Source: Terriglobia bacterium (GTDB taxonomy: Bacteria; Acidobacteriota; Terriglobia; 20CM-2-55-15). From it: DNA of 14,937 bases. The stretch is taken from positions 1-14,937 of the forward strand of contig CBDCLE010000013.1 of the NCBI GenBank assembly GCA_965218585.1, given 5' to 3'. Shown one piece after another: positions 1 through 7,106 of this stretch (within the stretch, counting starts at the first letter, position 1; every line of letters starts with the position of its first letter). The notes under the pieces are model-generated. The model saw nothing but the letters and a program-made list of their open reading frames with translations, had not been told where the DNA came from and made no database searches. A program made the translations under genes and the position numbers.

Positions 1-551
1 TGGACGCCGACACGAAGCTGATGATCTCGTTCCGTCTCGGGGCTCGCTCACTTAACACGGCGTACGACTTTATGCACGACGTGGCCGAGCGGCTAGCCGG
101 ACGGATTCAGCTCACGACGGACGGAAACAGGGTCTACATCGAAGCCGTCGAGAGCGCCTTTCAGGACGAGATTGACTACGCGATGTTGCGGAAGCTCTAC
201 GGGGCCGACCCCGAAGCGCCTGAGACGCGATACAGCCCCGCGAAGTGCATCGGCTGTGACATGAAGAAGATCAGTGGAAATCCAGACCCAAAGCACGTTT
301 CAACGAGCTACGTGGAGCGTGCCAATCTCACGATACGAATGTCGATGCGGCGATTCACACGGCTCACCAATGGCTTCTCCAAAAAGCTGGAGAACCACGC
401 GGCGATGGTGGCTCTATACTTTATGTATTACAACTTCGCCCGCGTCCATCAGACGCTCCGCGTCACCCCGGCGATTGAGGCCGGGATCACTGACCACGTC
501 TGGAATATCGAGGAAATTGTGGGCCTACTGGATTCAAACTGACCCACTACC
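1..551 (+). mobile_element. Right part of an IS1-family insertion sequence (ISMhu11-like), running off the window start
   Basis: The transposase ORF ends inside TTCAAACTGACCCACTACC (533-551). Its reverse complement GGTAGTGGGTCAGTTTGAA has the GGT-start typical of IS1-family termini. An unrelated reading frame resumes immediately after. The left end and target duplication are not visible. Confidence 0.75.
3..542 (+). CDS. IS1-family DDE transposase, C-terminal part (5' end outside window)
   Basis: Frame is open from base 3 (DADTKLMISF...). Motifs QLTTDG and STSYVERANLTIRMSMRRFTRLTNGFSKK...YNFARVHQTLRVTPAIEAG are characteristic of IS1-family transposases. Confidence 0.85.
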   Translation, partial: DADTKLMISFRLGARSLNTAYDFMHDVAERLAGRIQLTTDGNRVYIEAVESAFQDEIDYAMLRKLYGADPEAPETRYSPAKCIGCDMKKISGNPDPKHVSTSYVERANLTIRMSMRRFTRLTNGFSKKLENHAAMVALYFMYYNFARVHQTLRVTPAIEAGITDHVWNIEEIVGLLDSN

Positions 552-553
552 CG

Positions 554-748
554 ATTTTCGAACATGGTTTGGAACTGTACCGTGAAGCCGATTTCGACGG
601 CGCGGACCAGGCATTTGACCACGTCATGAAACTTGTTCCGGAAGATGGGCCTTCGCGTATGATGAAGGCGCGCGTCGAAAAATATCGCGCGGAGTTCGTC
701 GGGGCAAGGTCGGAGTTCGATCCGATTCACAAGTTTGACGAGAAATAG
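554..748 (+). pseudogene. Severed C-terminal tail of a probable class III adenylate/guanylate cyclase (TPR-like tail), cut off by the IS1 element
   Basis: Start-less open frame not in the ORF track: IFEHGLELYREADFDGADQAFDHVMKLVPEDGPSRMMKARVEKYRAEFVGARSEFDPIHKFDEK*. It matches the F-x2-GL-x2-YR...A-x3-F...P-x-DGPS...D-x5-EK tail I recognise from CHASE2-type cyclases. It stops 26 nt before the FecR gene. Confidence 0.6.
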
Positions 749-774
749 CCTGGAAACAGCTTGGACACAGCCAG

Positions 775-2358
775 ATGGACAGCAAGAACCGACATTACTC
801 TCTGAAGGCAGTCGCGTTGGGAACCGCCGTGGCAATGCTGTTGGGTTGCTTTCCACTGGATCTGGGAGCAGAGCCTGGTGACATCGTCGGTGACATCGTT
901 CTCCTGGGTACAGTTGAGAGATCTGGTCGGCGTCTCACTAATGACGCAACGCTTTTCGAAGGCGACACTATACGAACAGCTTCGTCGAGTGGCGGCGTAC
1001 TTCGCCTCGGGGGAGCCCGTATGGAAATCGGGCAGTCCACCTACCTGGAAATAGTTCGTGCCGAACCTCTGACGATCACGCTGAGTTCCGGTTCGCTTGC
1101 TTTCAATTTTCCTGACGAGTTCGCATTCGAGATTACGACGCCGCAACTCGAAGTTCGTCCGAACCCCGAGTCTCGGGCGGTTTCGGGAGAAATTCTCGCT
1201 ATCCCGGAGGACGAAGACCGCGTCGAGAGCCGCAACGGCTCCCTGAGTATCCTGGAAAGACAGGAACACGGTGCGATCCGCATTGTGAACGGAGGAGAAA
1301 TCCTGATCGCATCGTTAGTACCCACGGTCTCCATACCGGTTGCCAGCCCTACGTTTGCGCCCCTGCAGGCGCCAACCCCTATCGCCCAATTCCAGGCCGT
1401 TGAAGGTGACGTCCGGCTCCAGCGTGTCAATACCACCCTGACAACACGTGTGGAGAATCCAGGCATCGCTTTGTTCAACGGCGATTCCGTGAGCACCCTT
1501 CAAGGTCGCGCTGATATCCTGTTCACAGATCAAAGCCTGATCAGTCTCGACGTCGGCACCACGGTCACGCTCGAAGAGCAACCCCAGCCTACTGGCATCT
1601 TCCGTCGCATCACGCAGGGCTTGGGCAACCTCTTCTTCGACATCCAGCAGGTTGTGGGAACCGAAACCTCACTTGAAACACCGACAGCGGTGGCAGCAAT
1701 AAGAGGAACGGAAGGTAATCAGATTGTCCCCAACGAAACTCAGAGCACGCACGCGCTGAATGAAGGACTGGAAGACATTACTGAGCGGATCACACAGCAG
1801 ACCGTCACGATAACCGACGGCCAGCAGGTCACCGCGATTCGGGGTGTCGGTTTCACTCCCATCGTTGCCCTGTTAGCCCTGATCCCCAGACCGGGGATTG
1901 GCGGGGGCGGCGGTGCTGCGGGCGGTGGTGCTGCAGGCGGCGGCGCGGGCGCCGGTGCGGGAGCTGGTGCTGGCGGCGCAGCCGGCGGAGCGGCGGGAGC
2001 AGCCGCCGGAGCCGCAACGTCCACGGTAACGTCTGTCGCCTCTGTCGCCGCAGCGACGGCAGCTACAGCGGCCGGTGTTACAGCTGCCGTTGTTATTCCA
2101 ACCACAAGCGACGAACCCGAGCCGGAAGACACGGCGACCGTACCGCTGAGCCGGCCGGGAGGCGAACTCACAACGGGGGGCGAACTCACCGCCGCACTTT
2201 CCGTACCGATCGCCAGCCGAAGCGGCCCACCACCCGCCAGTGCATCCGCACCCGGACGGCCTCTAGGTCGACCTCCTGATCGGTCAGACGGACCACCAGG
2301 ACAGCAGGAGGGTGGACCACCGGGACAGCCGGAAGACAGCCCTGTCGGACGACCATAG
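775..2358 (+). CDS. Exported protein with two tandem FecR-like domains, Gly/Ala linker, hydrophobic segment and Pro-rich tail (527 aa)
   Basis: N-terminal signal-like segment (KAVALGTAVAMLLGC). Two FecR-type repeats: LFEGDTIRT...GSLAF...EITTPQLEV and LFNGDSVST...ADILFTDQSLISL...LETPTAVAAIRGT. Confidence 0.75.
   Translation: MDSKNRHYSLKAVALGTAVAMLLGCFPLDLGAEPGDIVGDIVLLGTVERSGRRLTNDATLFEGDTIRTASSSGGVLRLGGARMEIGQSTYLEIVRAEPLTITLSSGSLAFNFPDEFAFEITTPQLEVRPNPESRAVSGEILAIPEDEDRVESRNGSLSILERQEHGAIRIVNGGEILIASLVPTVSIPVASPTFAPLQAPTPIAQFQAVEGDVRLQRVNTTLTTRVENPGIALFNGDSVSTLQGRADILFTDQSLISLDVGTTVTLEEQPQPTGIFRRITQGLGNLFFDIQQVVGTETSLETPTAVAAIRGTEGNQIVPNETQSTHALNEGLEDITERITQQTVTITDGQQVTAIRGVGFTPIVALLALIPRPGIGGGGGAAGGGAAGGGAGAGAGAGAGGAAGGAAGAAAGAATSTVTSVASVAAATAATAAGVTAAVVIPTTSDEPEPEDTATVPLSRPGGELTTGGELTAALSVPIASRSGPPPASASAPGRPLGRPPDRSDGPPGQQEGGPPGQPEDSPVGRP
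1900..2016 (+). repeat. Low-complexity Gly/Ala-coding tract inside the FecR-domain gene
   Basis: Encodes GGGGGAAGGGAAGGGAGAGAGAGAGGAAGGAAGAAAGAA with varied synonymous codons. Confidence 0.85.
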
Positions 2359-2449
2359 AAAACGAGTTGCAGTCAGTCCCGCGCCTGACTTAACAGGAGA
2401 CTGCACAAACCAGACCGGACTGCATCCGTAGTTCAATGTTTGAACCAAC

Positions 2450-2477
2450 CTGTCAGATCCGCCATAGGCGGTAGAAT
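2450..2477 (+). promoter_or_regulatory. Possible sigma70-type promoter for the redoxin gene
   Basis: CTGTCA (2450-2455), 16 nt spacer, TAGAAT (2472-2477), 10 nt upstream of ATG 2488. There is no clear SD before 2488. Confidence 0.3.
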
Positions 2478-2487
2478 GACCCGCTCA

Positions 2488-2998
2488 ATGTTGAAAGATC
2501 ACACGGACACACTGAGGAAGGGATATCCGGCGCCCGAATTTGAGCTACAGACGGCGAACGGGGAAAAAAATCGCCAGCAAAGATCTCAAGGGCAAAAAGG
2601 CGGTGGTGTTTTTCCTGCGGGGAACCTGGTGACCCAACAGCAGAAGGCAACTGACTCAGTTGGAGTCAGACTGGCATGAATTTGATCGGAGGGGCATAGG
2701 AGTCGTGTGCATCGCTGCACAGAAAATCGACAGCATCACAGGAGCGAAGAAATTCGTCGAGGAACACAACTACAGGTTTCCGATCCTGTTTGACGAAACT
2801 CGCGAAATCACCAAAGCATACGGCGTGTATCACTTCATCGGTTTCGATGCGTATCGGATCTCCCACCCCGCAGCGTTCATCCTCGATCCCGAAGGAAGAA
2901 TCCAATGGATCGCCGTCAGCCCGAATCAGGTAGAACTGCCGGTGAACCGAGATATCTTCGAAACCATTCAAGCTATCGAAGCCTCCGGTAAATATTGA
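2488..2998 (+). CDS. AhpC/TSA (peroxiredoxin-like) redoxin, probable selenoprotein (UxxS); one extra A at 2564-2570 shifts the frame as written
   Basis: Removing one A from the A7 run gives MLKDHTDTLRKGYPAPEFELQTANGEKIASKDLKGKKAVVFFLRGTW[TGA 2630-2632]PNSRRQLTQLESDW...FPILFD...AYGV...PAAFILDPEGRI, 169 aa. TGA occupies the first Cys of the RGxWCPxC motif. Alternative start at 2476. Confidence 0.8.
2630..2669 (+). promoter_or_regulatory. Putative bacterial SECIS element downstream of in-frame UGA
   Basis: Perfect 7-bp stem CTGACTC (2651-2657) / GAGTCAG (2663-2669) with apical loop AGTTG. There are 25 nt between the UGA and the loop, and G is at loop position 2 followed by U, fitting the bacterial SECIS consensus. 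Confidence 0.65.
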
Positions 2999-3500
2999 AA
3001 CCCACCTTGAAGGAATCTGTCCCGTTCACCGTGTACTGAGCCGTCGTCAAGGGACGGGCGGTGGAGAGAACGAACTTAAAGGTATGCCGGAAGGTAGCTT
3101 TCTGAACGCCCACCGAAACGGCCGGCCGATCGAATATCTCTCCGGTAAATCCCTTCACACGAGGCACATACTCTCCTACTACCGAGACAGACGGGGTGAG
3201 TCTCACGCCTGCACCCACACCGATCGCGGCCGTGTAGTCAAACTCTTCTCCGAAGAGAAACTGTGACGGCAGGAACGTGTCGTCGTTCCGGGTATTGAAG
3301 GCAATACTGGGCGCAACGGAAAGCGAAAATCGGTCTCCGAAGCTTCGTGTCGAAACGAATTGCACGAACGGAGCAAACCGATCCCGAAAGTTATTCCGGC
3401 CTTCGATTCCAACGCGAAGCTGTGTAGACAACGGGGTTTCGGAACTCTGCTGGGAAAGTTGGAACTGCGAACTGAGTTCTATGGTCCGATCCAGGTTGCT
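2973..3500 (-). pseudogene. 3' part of a DUF5777-like outer-membrane beta-barrel gene, 5' end removed at the IS21 boundary
   Basis: Amphipathic beta-strand pattern: SNLDRTIEL...FSLSVAPSIAFNT...AIGVGAGVRLTPSVSVVGEY...VGVQKATFRHTFKFVLST...FKVGFNIYR. The ORF-track N-terminus (3501-3602) is only translated IS21 repeats. The 3' end overlaps the convergent redoxin by 26 nt. Confidence 0.65.
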
Positions 3501-3504
3501 GACC

Positions 3505-3630
3505 ATCCTGAACACTGATTCCGATCCATCGTGAACACCGATTCCGGGATCGTGAACGCGGATTCCGGGATCCTGAACAGTGATTCCGGTGATCCTGAAC
3601 ACCGATTCCGGCCATCGTGATCACTCGTCG
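3505..3630 (+). repeat. IS21 left-end array: six ~21-23 bp tandem units (transposase binding sites)
   Basis: Units of ATC(C/G)TGAACAC(C/T)GATTCCGG-like sequence with no unique spacers. Confidence 0.9.
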
Positions 3631-3680
3631 GTAGCGAAGTTTGGAGCTTTTAGGTTCTCCTGAAGCACAGGAGGGCCTTG

Positions 3681-5231
3681 ATGGCAACGAAACGACTACC
3701 GATGAGACAGATACGCGAGATTCTACGACTCAAACACGACCAACAGCTCAGCCACCGGGCGATCGCCAGCGCATGTCGCGTGGGCTTGGGCACCGTTGCG
3801 GACTACTTGGGACGGGCCAAGCAGGCCGGACTGGAATGGCCGCTGCCCGAAGACCTGGACGAGGCAGCGCTTGAAGCGCGGCTGTTTCCCCGCGCGGGAC
3901 CGGGCTCCCGGGAACGGGTGGCTCCGGATGTAGAACGGATCCACCAGGAGTTGAAGCGTGTTGGAGTCACCCTGCACCTGCTGTGGGAAGAGTACCGAGA
4001 AGCGAATCCAAAGGGATATGCCTACAGCCAGTTCTGTGAGATCTACCGGCGTTGGGCCCAGAAATTGAAGCCCTCGATGCGACAGGTGCACCGCGCCGGA
4101 GAGAAGACCTTCATCGACTTTTCCGGCAAACGGCCACAGCTGACGGATCCACGGACGGGCAAAGCTATTCCAGTCGAGTTGTTCGTCGCTGTTCTGGGCG
4201 CCAGCGGTTACACCTACGCGGAAGCGACACCGAGCCAGAAACTCCCCGATTGGGTCGGCGTGCATATCCGCATGGTGGAGTTCTTCGGCGGATCGAGCCG
4301 GATCTGGGTTCCCGACCAACTCAAGAGTGCCATGACCCAGCCCTGCCGCTATGAAGCAGGCGTCAACCGTACCTACCAGGATGAGGCCGAACACTACGGC
4401 GCCGTTGTCATACCGGCCCGGCCGCGGAAAGCTCGGGACAAAGCGAAAGTTGAATCGACCGTCCTGGTCGCACAGCGGTGGATCCTGGCCAGGATCCGGA
4501 ATCGCACGTTCTTCAGTCTGGCCGACTTGAACGGAGCCATTCGAGAGTTGCTGGTGGAACTGAACCAGCGGCCGATGCAGAAGCTTCGAGTATCCCGCCT
4601 GGAACTCTACGAGCGGCTGGATCGACCGGCATTACAGCCCCTCCCGACCAACCGGTATGAACAGGCCGAGTGGAAGGACTGTCGTGTCAGCATCGATTAC
4701 CACATTACCGTGGACCGCCATCCTTACAGCGTGCCCTACCAGTTGATCCATGAGAGGGTGGAAGCGCGTTACACGGCGTCCATTGTCGAGGTCTACTACA
4801 AAGGCCGGCGCGTGACGTCCCATCGCCGTCGCTACGATCACAAGCCGTCGACTCTGTCCGAACATATGCCCAGTGCCCATCGGGCCCATGCGGAATGGAC
4901 ACCGTCCCGGCTGATTAGTTGGGCGGAGAAAACTGGCCCCAAGACCGGCCGCCTGGTCGAGGAGATCATGAAACGGTGGCCGCATCCCGAACAGGGGTAC
5001 CGGGCCTGCCTGGGATTGATGAGTCTAGGTCGCCGCTCCGGCGCCGAGCGGCTCGAAGCCGCCAGTGCGCGGGCGCTGCACTTGCAGTCCTATAGCTACC
5101 GCACCGTCAAGAACATCCTGTCGTCGGCCCAGGACCGGTTGCCTTTCGGGGACACCGAAACCCCACCGACGCCCCATCACGACAACATTCGTGGCGCCGC
5201 CTACTATGCGGACCCCGAGGAGACGCACTGA
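3681..5231 (+). CDS. istA: IS21 DDE transposase IstA
   Basis: AGGAGG SD at 3669-3674. N-terminal HTH (MRQIREILRL...SHRAIASACRVG). DDE residues in FIDFSG, VPDQLK and KAKVE. Confidence 0.95.
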   Translation: MATKRLPMRQIREILRLKHDQQLSHRAIASACRVGLGTVADYLGRAKQAGLEWPLPEDLDEAALEARLFPRAGPGSRERVAPDVERIHQELKRVGVTLHLLWEEYREANPKGYAYSQFCEIYRRWAQKLKPSMRQVHRAGEKTFIDFSGKRPQLTDPRTGKAIPVELFVAVLGASGYTYAEATPSQKLPDWVGVHIRMVEFFGGSSRIWVPDQLKSAMTQPCRYEAGVNRTYQDEAEHYGAVVIPARPRKARDKAKVESTVLVAQRWILARIRNRTFFSLADLNGAIRELLVELNQRPMQKLRVSRLELYERLDRPALQPLPTNRYEQAEWKDCRVSIDYHITVDRHPYSVPYQLIHERVEARYTASIVEVYYKGRRVTSHRRRYDHKPSTLSEHMPSAHRAHAEWTPSRLISWAEKTGPKTGRLVEEIMKRWPHPEQGYRACLGLMSLGRRSGAERLEAASARALHLQSYSYRTVKNILSSAQDRLPFGDTETPPTPHHDNIRGAAYYADPEETH

Positions 5232-5989
5232 TGCTAATGGAACAGACCCTGGAGAAGATGAACCAGATGAAGCTATCGGCCATGGTCGAGGCCCTCCAGC
5301 AGCAACGCCGCTCGAATCAGTACACGGATCTCGGCTTCGAGGAACGTCTGGGCCTACTGGTGGATGAGGAGTGGACGGCCCGGGAGCACCGCAAGCTCAC
5401 CCGACGCCTGCGCGCGGCGAAGCTGCGCTACGCGACGGCATCGCTGGAAAACGTCGACTTCAAACATCGTCGCCGTCTGGACCGTTCCCAAGTCCTCGCC
5501 CTGGGCTCCTGCGGGTGGATCCAAGACCGGCACAATCTTCTCATCACCGGTCCGACCGGCATCGGAAAGAGTTTTCTGGCTTCGGCTTTCGTCGAACGCG
5601 CCTGCCGGCGGGGTTTTAACGCCACCTACGTCCGCATGCCTCGGCTCTTGCACCAACTGGCGGTCGGCCGTGGCGACGGCTCCTACACCCGAGTCCTGGC
5701 CCGTCTGGCCAAAACCGATCTGCTGGCCATCGACGACTGGCTCCTGGCCCCGCTGCGCGACGCTGAACGCCGGGACCTGATCGAAGTCGTCGAGGAACGG
5801 AGCGAACGTTCCGCCCTCTTGATCGCCAGCCAGCTCCCGGTCCCCGACTGGCACGGCGTCATTGGCGACCCGAACCAGGCCGACGCCATCTGCGATCGCC
5901 TCCTCCACAATGCGCACCGTATCGAACTGAAAGGGGCATCGATGCGGCAAACCAAGACCCAACCCAAGACGTTGAAGGAGTCCCGATGA
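5231..5989 (+). CDS. istB: IS21 helper AAA+ ATPase IstB
   Basis: TGATG overlap with istA. Walker A GPTGIGKS, Walker B LLAIDDW, and ADAICDRLLHNAHRIELKG. Confidence 0.95.
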   Translation: MLMEQTLEKMNQMKLSAMVEALQQQRRSNQYTDLGFEERLGLLVDEEWTAREHRKLTRRLRAAKLRYATASLENVDFKHRRRLDRSQVLALGSCGWIQDRHNLLITGPTGIGKSFLASAFVERACRRGFNATYVRMPRLLHQLAVGRGDGSYTRVLARLAKTDLLAIDDWLLAPLRDAERRDLIEVVEERSERSALLIASQLPVPDWHGVIGDPNQADAICDRLLHNAHRIELKGASMRQTKTQPKTLKESR

Positions 5990-6136
5990 TCGGCGCACCG
6001 ATGCATCCACACGCCGTCGCCAGGGGGTACTCCAGGCCGGCCCCGGACCCAATCGTCGCTCCTGCGCAATCCTCGCGCGAAGGAAGTGCAGGAATCCGGG
6101 TCCGGGCGCGGAACGCGCGCCTCACGCAGGGCACGG

Positions 6137-6271
6137 GGCCTGTGGAAACTGCCGCAGCCGTGCAAATGGGAATGGTGGCCTTCGGCCGACTTTCTCTTGA
6201 TCATTTCCACCGCTGCTTGCAAAAGCCTCCGCAAAAAACGCTCCCGGCTTTCGCACAGTTACACACAGGCC
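6137..6271 (+). other. Multi-stem structured non-coding element in the IS21 3' region
   Basis: Outer stem GGCCTGTG (6137-6144)/CACAGGCC (6264-6271) plus AACTG (6147-6151)/CAGTT (6256-6260). Arm 1 GCAGCCGTG (6154-6162)/CACCGCTGC (6208-6216) plus AAATG/CATTT. Arm 2 TGCAAAAGCC (6218-6227)/GGCTTTCGCA (6246-6255). Confidence 0.6.
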
Positions 6272-6373
6272 GGCGGCGATTTATCACAATAATTTTGGAA
6301 AGGACTAAAACAGGGAAAACCTGGACTCTGAAGGAATAAACTGAGACGCTAACCCGTCGCTTCGCTCCGGCGA

Positions 6374-6427
6374 GTGTTCACGATGGCCGGAATCGGTGTT
6401 CATGATTCCGGAACTGGTGTTCACGAT
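6374..6427 (-). repeat. IS21 right-end array: three inverted copies of the left-end unit
   Basis: GTGTTCA(C/T)GAT...CCGGAA units, the reverse complement of the 3505-3630 units. Confidence 0.9.
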
Positions 6428-6430
6428 CAG

Positions 6431-7005
6431 CCCGCCCTAGACGGTGTCGTAGAGAAGATGGAGGCTGGCGCTCGTGTCGCCGATGTCGGGTGCGGCCACG
6501 GCGCAAGCACCATCCTCATGGCGAGAACTTATCCGCGTTCGGAGTTTGTTGGCATCGACTACCATGACGCGTCAATCGAGGCCGTTCGAAAGCGTGCTGC
6601 GGAAGCTGGGGCCGGTAACACGCGCTTTGAAGTCGCCGACGCGACCTCGTATGGCGGCGATGACTACGATCTCATCGCATTCTTTGACTGCCTCACGACA
6701 TGGCAGACCCGTCTAGCGTCGCCCGGCATGCCAAACAAGCACTGAAACCCGACGGACATTGTCTGCTGGTAGAGCCATTAGCGGGTGATAGCGTAACGGA
6801 AAACATGAACCCTATTGGACGTCTCTACTACGGTGCTTCGGCTCTGGTCTGCGTTCCGGTATCGCTTGCGAGACAAGGGCCAGCATTGGGGGCACAGGCG
6901 GGAGAGAAACGTTTAAGAAAAGTAATGGTCGATGACGGAGGTTTCACGCAGTTCCGTCGCGCAACGGAGACACCATTCAACTTTGTCTTCGAGGCACGGC
7001 CTTGA
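6431..7005 (+). pseudogene. Class I SAM-dependent methyltransferase (Rv2258c-like), 5'-truncated by IS21 and frameshifted near 6694
   Basis: PALDGVVEKMEAGARVADVGCGHGAS (motif I) and FVGIDYH. TTTGACTGCCTCACGACATG needs one more C to read the family motif FDCLHDM, which joins ORFs 6374-6745 and 6700-7005 (...ALGAQAGE...ETPFNFVFEARP). Confidence 0.85.
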
Positions 7006-7055
7006 CGCAGTCGAGACTTGAGAAAACTACGGAATATCATCAATCGACAAACCTG

Positions 7056-7084
7056 AAGGAACGGGTGCCGGTTCCTTGATTTTT
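7056..7084 (+). terminator. Possible intrinsic terminator after the methyltransferase
   Basis: AAGGAAC (7056-7062)/GTTCCTT (7071-7077) stem followed by GATTTTT. Confidence 0.45.
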
Positions 7085-7106
7085 GAGGTCAAGTCCTTAG
7101 AAATCA

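Larger units (their letters stand above)
3500..6429 (+). mobile_element. IS21-family insertion sequence (exact tips uncertain by a few bp)
   Basis: istA-istB pair with ~21-bp repeat arrays at both ends in inverted orientation. 3596-3639 is a near-perfect inverted match to 6360-6402. Candidate TG (3500) ... CA (6429) tips. No target duplication seen. Confidence 0.93.

Noticed and set aside
2560-2567. Programmed -1 ribosomal frameshift at GGGAAAA
   Set aside because: The downstream redoxin frame is +1, so a -1 shift would not restore it.
3505-3630. Tandem ~21-bp repeats as a CRISPR array or iterons
   Set aside because: There are no unique spacers and no cas or rep gene. Inverted copies at 6374-6427 bracket istAB, which is the normal IS21 end structure.
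5986-6339. 117-aa third IS21 gene overlapping the istB stop (ATGA)
   Set aside because: There is no recognisable motif, and its second half coincides with the palindromic structure. It is not excluded but is unsupported.
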